A DNA stretch of 64,000 bases from assembly GCF_006345805.1 (NCBI RefSeq), contig NC_043004.1:29264001-29328000 (forward strand), read 5' to 3'. This document shows positions 57,976 to 64,000 of this stretch, in pieces. Made by a program: the position numbers and the translations under genes. Numbering within the stretch: position 1 is the stretch's first letter; every line of letters begins with the position of its first letter. The notes under the pieces are model-generated. The model saw only the letters and a list, made by a program, of their open reading frames with translations. It was not told the DNA's origin and searched no databases. The DNA comes from Octopus sinensis (lineage: Eukaryota).

Positions 57976-59283
57976 AGATGCGTGGGTGGGTAGAGAGTCA
58001 TTTAGAATGACAAATATACAGATAAATTTACGGACACACACAATTGCACGCGCGAACACTTGCCCATACTTCTGTTTGATAAAGCATAGCAACACACAAC
58101 TCCCTACACACATACGTACACGATATTACAAATTATCTATATTCACGCTGACATATCTCTTGTCAGTTTCTCGTGACATTGCTGATGCAGTACACAATAC
58201 TTGCACACCTCTAATAGAAAAAAAAATAGTTTTATAATACCTTAACTTTGGTAAAATAACTCCGGAGTAATTAATATTTCCTTAATCAATGTCGTTGGTG
58301 AGGGTTTCTTTGGAGGTAAAAATTCACCTCATCATCGATCCGTGACCTCTGACAGATTTTTTCAGATGACAAATGGAATAATTTCGAATCAAACCAATAC
58401 CCGAATTCAACAGAACGGAATACGTGGCTGTTCCTGCAGTTGCACTCACAAGTAGAGGACCCCCGACACACACGTACGCTCACGACTACATACACTCGAG
58501 CAGGCGCAATCGCATATGTGCAACACATACGTAGAGTATGCAAGCGCGCTCACTCTTTCTCTCCCTCACATACAGTGATATCTATACATATGTATCTAAA
58601 CAGTGTGAGAAATATCATTTGAATATATATATACAATGTTAAATATACACATATACATACGTACATACATTCATACGTACCTACAAACATATATACATAT
58701 ATATTGGCTCATACATATACACATTCATACGTACATATATGCATTCATTCATTCACGCATGCATACAAACATTCATGAATTACATTTATTCAACCATGTA
58801 TACCTACGTTTATTTATTTGCACTTGCAAACATTTGTACACACATATACATACATGCTCTTTATTATACACACTCACACATACACGAAATTACCTAAATA
58901 TCTAGATACATTACTCTCGTAATTGTCTCACAAACACACGCAGATATCTTCTCTAACGCATACATACACACCTCGACAGTTATACATCTACAGACACACG
59001 TAAATCATGAGTTCCGAAAGACTTTGAGAAGTGAATGGGTCCTTTCTCTCCTCTGACATAATTATAAGTGCGCGCGCACACACATATATATATATGCATA
59101 CGCCATACGCACATACAAACATGCAAATTCGAACTCACAGTTCTAATCTTGAATGTGATAACCTTTCACGAGCAAACTACACATTTACATAACTCTATAA
59201 CTCCAGCACGCACGCGAACAAGCTCCGGCAGACTCCGTACACCACCTACACATACACGAATGGATACACACACGCAGACTCAT

Positions 59284-59322
<39 letters not shown>

Positions 59323-59735
59323 TATATACACACATAAGCACATAAACACACACATATTCACGTACTTATTCACACACACCACACATACACACACACACAC
59401 ACACATACACACACACACACACTCGCATGCTCGCACGCACATACTCACACACACACACACTCATACACGTACAAGCTTATCACTGCGCACAAAGCAACAT
59501 GTAGCAGCAACGACCCTACACTAATTCACTCTAATACTCGTAGAAGCAGTGGCGTGCATCGTTTTTTTTTTGTTGTTGTATTGTTATCATTGTTTGACGA
59601 TATTATTTTTGCCGTTGTCATTCTACATTTTTATATTAATATCATCATAACAAAACTTTATGTTAATAATCCTATATCTCATGACATTTTCTTTTCTATT
59701 TATTTTCTTTCTTTTTGTAGTGATTTAATTTCTTT

Positions 59736-59774
<39 letters not shown>

Positions 59775-60798
59775 GCACGCACGGACGCAGACAAACAAAG
59801 AGAGAATATTGACGAAATTACATAAGACACCTTTTTGTAGCAGCATATGAGGTAAATTAACCAAACCCGGCACTACATTCGATCATGTTAACAACACCAC
59901 ACTTGCAAGACTAAAACACAGCAGTTAAGCAACAAGAAATAGAAACAGCGCAACTCACTGCGGAGAAATTTGGCGATGACTTTTAGCGCCGAATAAGTGA
60001 TGGTGGTGGTGGTGGTGTCGGCAGTGATAATGATGGTGGTTGTGATGAAGGTGGTAGTGGAAGTGCTACCTGGCAATTGGTGGTGACAACAACTTTCTCT
60101 TCTGAGGAGACTTCAGTGTATTCCTTAGTAATACTTACTTTTCACGTTATGTAATAATAATCACGGCAAATCCCCCCTTTTATTATTACTCTTTTTTTCT
60201 TTTTCTTTTTCTTTTTTTTTTGTTGTTTTTTTTTGTTTTGTTTTGTTTTGTCTATCTCTCTTGCGGAGTTTAAAGCAGCTTGGTTGCTAAGTGATTACTA
60301 CATGACAACGTTGTGGAAAAGCAAAGACAAGTGTAGTGTGGTAAAGGAGAAATATTGATTTCCAGTCGTCGGAGTTGAGCTGCATCAGAAGTTAAACTAT
60401 ACACCCTGGCCTCCTCAGATTTAGTCTCTATTGTTAAACATCTACAACTACTACAAACAACACCAAATAAATAGAAGGATAATGAGGAATTTTCCAGAGT
60501 TTTCCAATGCTATAATTTTATTAACCAATAATTTAGCTTGTATTTCTTTTTTTCTTTCTTCTTCCTCTCCTTTTTTCTAATTTCGATTTCTTAAAACCAA
60601 ATTCCTATCTACTTCCTCGGTTATCTTTCCACAATCGAAAATAAAATGATTTGGGAAGAAAATGGAAAATATGCTGGACTCTATATATATACATATAGAG
60701 TGTTTGTTTGTATATGTGTGCATATGTGTGTGTGTGTGTATACACGCATATATCTACATACATGCACACATAAAAATGTATGTTTTTATATTTATCTA

Positions 60799-60859
<61 letters not shown>

Positions 60860-61499
60860 ATGTGCGTGTGTGTGTGTGTGTGCGTGTGTGTGTGTGTGTG
60901 TGCATTCAGACAGATATACAAACATATATGTGTGCATGTATGCATGTATGTGCTTGTTTATATACGAATCTATTTATGTGTGTCTCTGTGTGTATGTATG
61001 TGTGTGTGTATGTATGTATGTATGTATGTATGTATGTATGTATGTATGTATGTATGTATGTATGCACCCGCACTCACACACACAAACAAACAAACATATC
61101 TGAATAATATTGCTTAAGTATACATGCCCAAGCACGCATGTACACCTAAAACGCACGCATGATACACATGCAGACACATACTCAAGCACACATACGCACG
61201 CACATACACATATGTATGAATGCACACATGCACGCGCGCGCACACACACACACACATATAAAAAGAGAGAGAGAGAGCGGAGTGGGTGTAGGCGTTTTCC
61301 GTGAAAGGAGGCATTTGATTATGTATATCTGTGCGTGTGCGGGTGTGGGTGTGTGTGTGTGTGTGTGTTTGTTTGTGCGTGCGTGTGTGTGTGTATGTGT
61401 GTGTGTGTGCACGCACCCCCATGTCTAAAAATATGTGGTATTCAGTATTTCTTCTTTCAAGGCTAAATTAAATATATCCACAACGTGTTGTGTTGTCGG

Positions 61500-61680
61500 C
61501 AGTATTTCTATATATTCAATATATTTCTATATATTTCATATATTTTTTTATATTTCTCTGTATTTCCATATATTTCCATATATTTCCATATATTGCTACA
61601 TGTTCTAAACATTCCTACATATTCAATACATTTCTATACATTTCGGTATATTTCCATATATTTCTATAAATCTCCATACA

Positions 61681-61741
<61 letters not shown>

Positions 61742-61955
61742 CGTAAATATCCTTATATTTCCATATATTTCTATATATCTCCATACACTTATACATATAT
61801 ATATATATATTCCGTAAATATCCCTATATTTCCATATATTTCTTTACATTTCCATATATTCATATATTCAACATATTCCGTATATCTTTCTGGGAGTTTT
61901 TTCTGTATGTTCCTTATATTCCTATATTTTCCATATACGTCTACATATTTCTATA
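61500..61955. repeat. Degenerate tatttccata-type repeat
   Basis: Direct reading. Confidence 0.75.
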
Positions 61956-61957
61956 TA

Positions 61958-61985
61958 TCTTTATATATATAAAACTGAGAATGTG

Positions 61986-62032
<47 letters not shown>

Positions 62033-62699
62033 GTGTTTCCCTAAAACTTGAGAACTACACATTCAAATTTTACACATGCCTCACTTAGGGTCCGGGGAGT
62101 GTCATCGGCAAAAATTCAACTTCTTGCCTAGAGCGAGCCCATAGCAATATCATATCTTCTCCACTATTTCAGTATTACGTGTTAAAAGTGAAACAAAAAT
62201 ATTTCTCTATTTTATGTCAGATGCTTTCACTTTAGCAATAAAAATAATAGTAACAATTGAATTATATGTGGTAAGTAATAATTAAAATCAAACTAAAGTA
62301 TAATATAATTGTAACATACAAAAGTAAAAATAGCAATTGGTATAAAATTGCATCAATGATTTGAACTTGAATAAGTGGTTTCACATGAATGGGAATAAAT
62401 TAAAAATATAATTAGCGTGCAGAAATAGAATAGTCCAGATGGATAATAAAAAATTAAATAAAAGAAAAGACTATTGTCTATAAAGTATACAATGAAGAGA
62501 AAAAAGAAGAGCTAACAATTCCAGTCTGTTATATATTTTGAGTATTGTTATCACTAGCGATATCAAGATATAACTTTGTATTTTGCATTTTATGTGTAGA
62601 TGTATATATATAGATGTACATGTAATATGTACACATATATATACACATATATACATGCACTAGCACTATGACCCAGCAACGACGGGTCTTTAATGCTAG
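61958..62699 (+). mobile_element. Non-autonomous Helitron with canonical ends
   Basis: A|TC 5' start, internal (CTGT)n, 3' hairpin gaccc agc aac gac gggtc, then CTAG|T. Confidence 0.85.
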
Positions 62700-62715
62700 T
62701 TTTTCTATAAATAGG

Positions 62716-62846
62716 TACAGACATGCCTATGTGGTTAAGAAGCTCGCTTTGCAGCCACGGGCTTTTGAGTTCTACTATAATCACGACCAATGCCTTGTTA
62801 GTAAATTTGGTAAACGGAAACTCTGTAGAAGCCTGTCGTGTGTGTA

Positions 62847-62892
<46 letters not shown>

Positions 62893-63150
62893 TGAGTGAG
62901 TGAGTGAGGGAGAGAGAGAGGGGTATTTTGTGCATGTTTGTGCGTGTATGCGAGTGTGCCTGTGTGTGTTTGACCCTCACCATTGACTGACAACTGGTTT
63001 GGGCTTGTTGACTTCTCTGTAACAGCGGCTCGACAAAGACACCGAATGAATAAGTACCAGACTTTAAAAATCACTACTGTGATTGGTTTGTTCGATAAAA
63101 CCTTTCGATGCTGTCTTCCTCATAGCCGCAAGTAAAAGATAAAAGATATT
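62716..63150 (+). mobile_element. Degenerate SINE, family B
   Basis: gtggttaagaagctcgctt head; gaccaatgccttgttagtaaatttggtaaacggaaact body. Confidence 0.65.
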
Positions 63151-63850
63151 TCATATATTGCTATATACTGTATATTTCTATATTGTAGCTCAAAGCTAAC
63201 AGAAATCTAGCGAGAATATAGTAGACTGCAGCAGTCGTTTTGTATTTTACTCTACGAATACTTATCCGTGTTAGGTATTGTAGAAAATTGTCGGGTCATT
63301 GAAGAGAGGAAACATAAGAAGAACAGTTGAAAGTTCAACCGATATCAATATCGATTTCTTTTCACTGGACATCAACCAAATTTTGTTATTGGGGTGTAAT
63401 CGATTGAAATGACATTACTATATGATTGGTGATTCTTTAACGTTTCTGGAGTGATGAAAATTAAAAGAAAAATATGACTGCGATCAGATTTGAACTGAGA
63501 GCGTAGAGGAACAAAGCTAAATACATCAATCTATTTAGTCCAAAGTTTTACTGTTCCTACCGATTCATCGATAGTCATTGCTATTGATCAGAAATGAAAG
63601 GCTCTCTAGTCTCAAGGAAATGTCAATTTGTGACTCATGTATTTCCTAAGTGTATTAGTGGTATATAGATATGAGGTGCAGACGTAGCTGCAATCACGTA
63701 GTTCTAGGTGTGACCTTACCTCCAGGTATATTAGACAAATGTTCTTCGAGTTGACCAATTTCTTGTATCACAGTGGACAGTTATATACAGATAGTTAGCC
63801 ACTGATGAAGTTTTACATCTATCTATCTATCCATCTATCCATCTATCTAT

Positions 63851-64000
63851 CTGCGACATCTCCGGCTCTATGTAGACGACGGTGAACAGGTGTGGTCGCC
63901 GTTTGTGAGGCACGCATTCCCGCAACTCGTCTCCATGACCGAACTGCAGTCATGGATCAAAAAGAGGCCGAGGAAGGGCGAATGGCACCGCGAGTGTCGC
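63851..64000 (+). mobile_element. GC-rich open frame running off the window, probably a 5'-truncated LINE ORF2
   Basis: Stop-free LRHLRLYVDDGEQVWSPFVRHAFPQLVSMTELQSWIKKRPRKGEWHRECR begins abruptly after (TCTA)n with no ATG. Confidence 0.4.

Overview
AT-rich eukaryotic non-coding (intergenic or intronic) window crowded with (TA)n, (CA)n, (TACA)n, (GATA)n and (ATT)n microsatellites and tRNA-derived SINEs. The repeat landscape suggests an octopus/cephalopod genome (inference). I can support no intact host gene; nearly all listed ORFs are microsatellite translations. Real coding signal comes only from transposons: a 5'-truncated Penelope-like element (PLE; RT plus GIY-YIG, 11458-14362) with an ~840-bp inverted repeat, two further GIY-YIG 3' remnants, four Tc1/mariner remnants, a HERO-like RLE LINE remnant, a possible hAT remnant and a probable LINE ORF at the right edge. 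There are also two non-autonomous Helitrons. The main finding is about a dozen hammerhead ribozyme (HHR) or HHR-like motifs on both strands, nearly all in short elements embedded in (TA)n tracts. These come as near-perfect hairpins with a one-sided tail, as a retrozyme-like 1.4-mer direct repeat, or as solo pieces. Together they look like several families of TA-microsatellite-associated, ribozyme-bearing PLE derivatives. All folds and alignments were done by eye and need computational confirmation.
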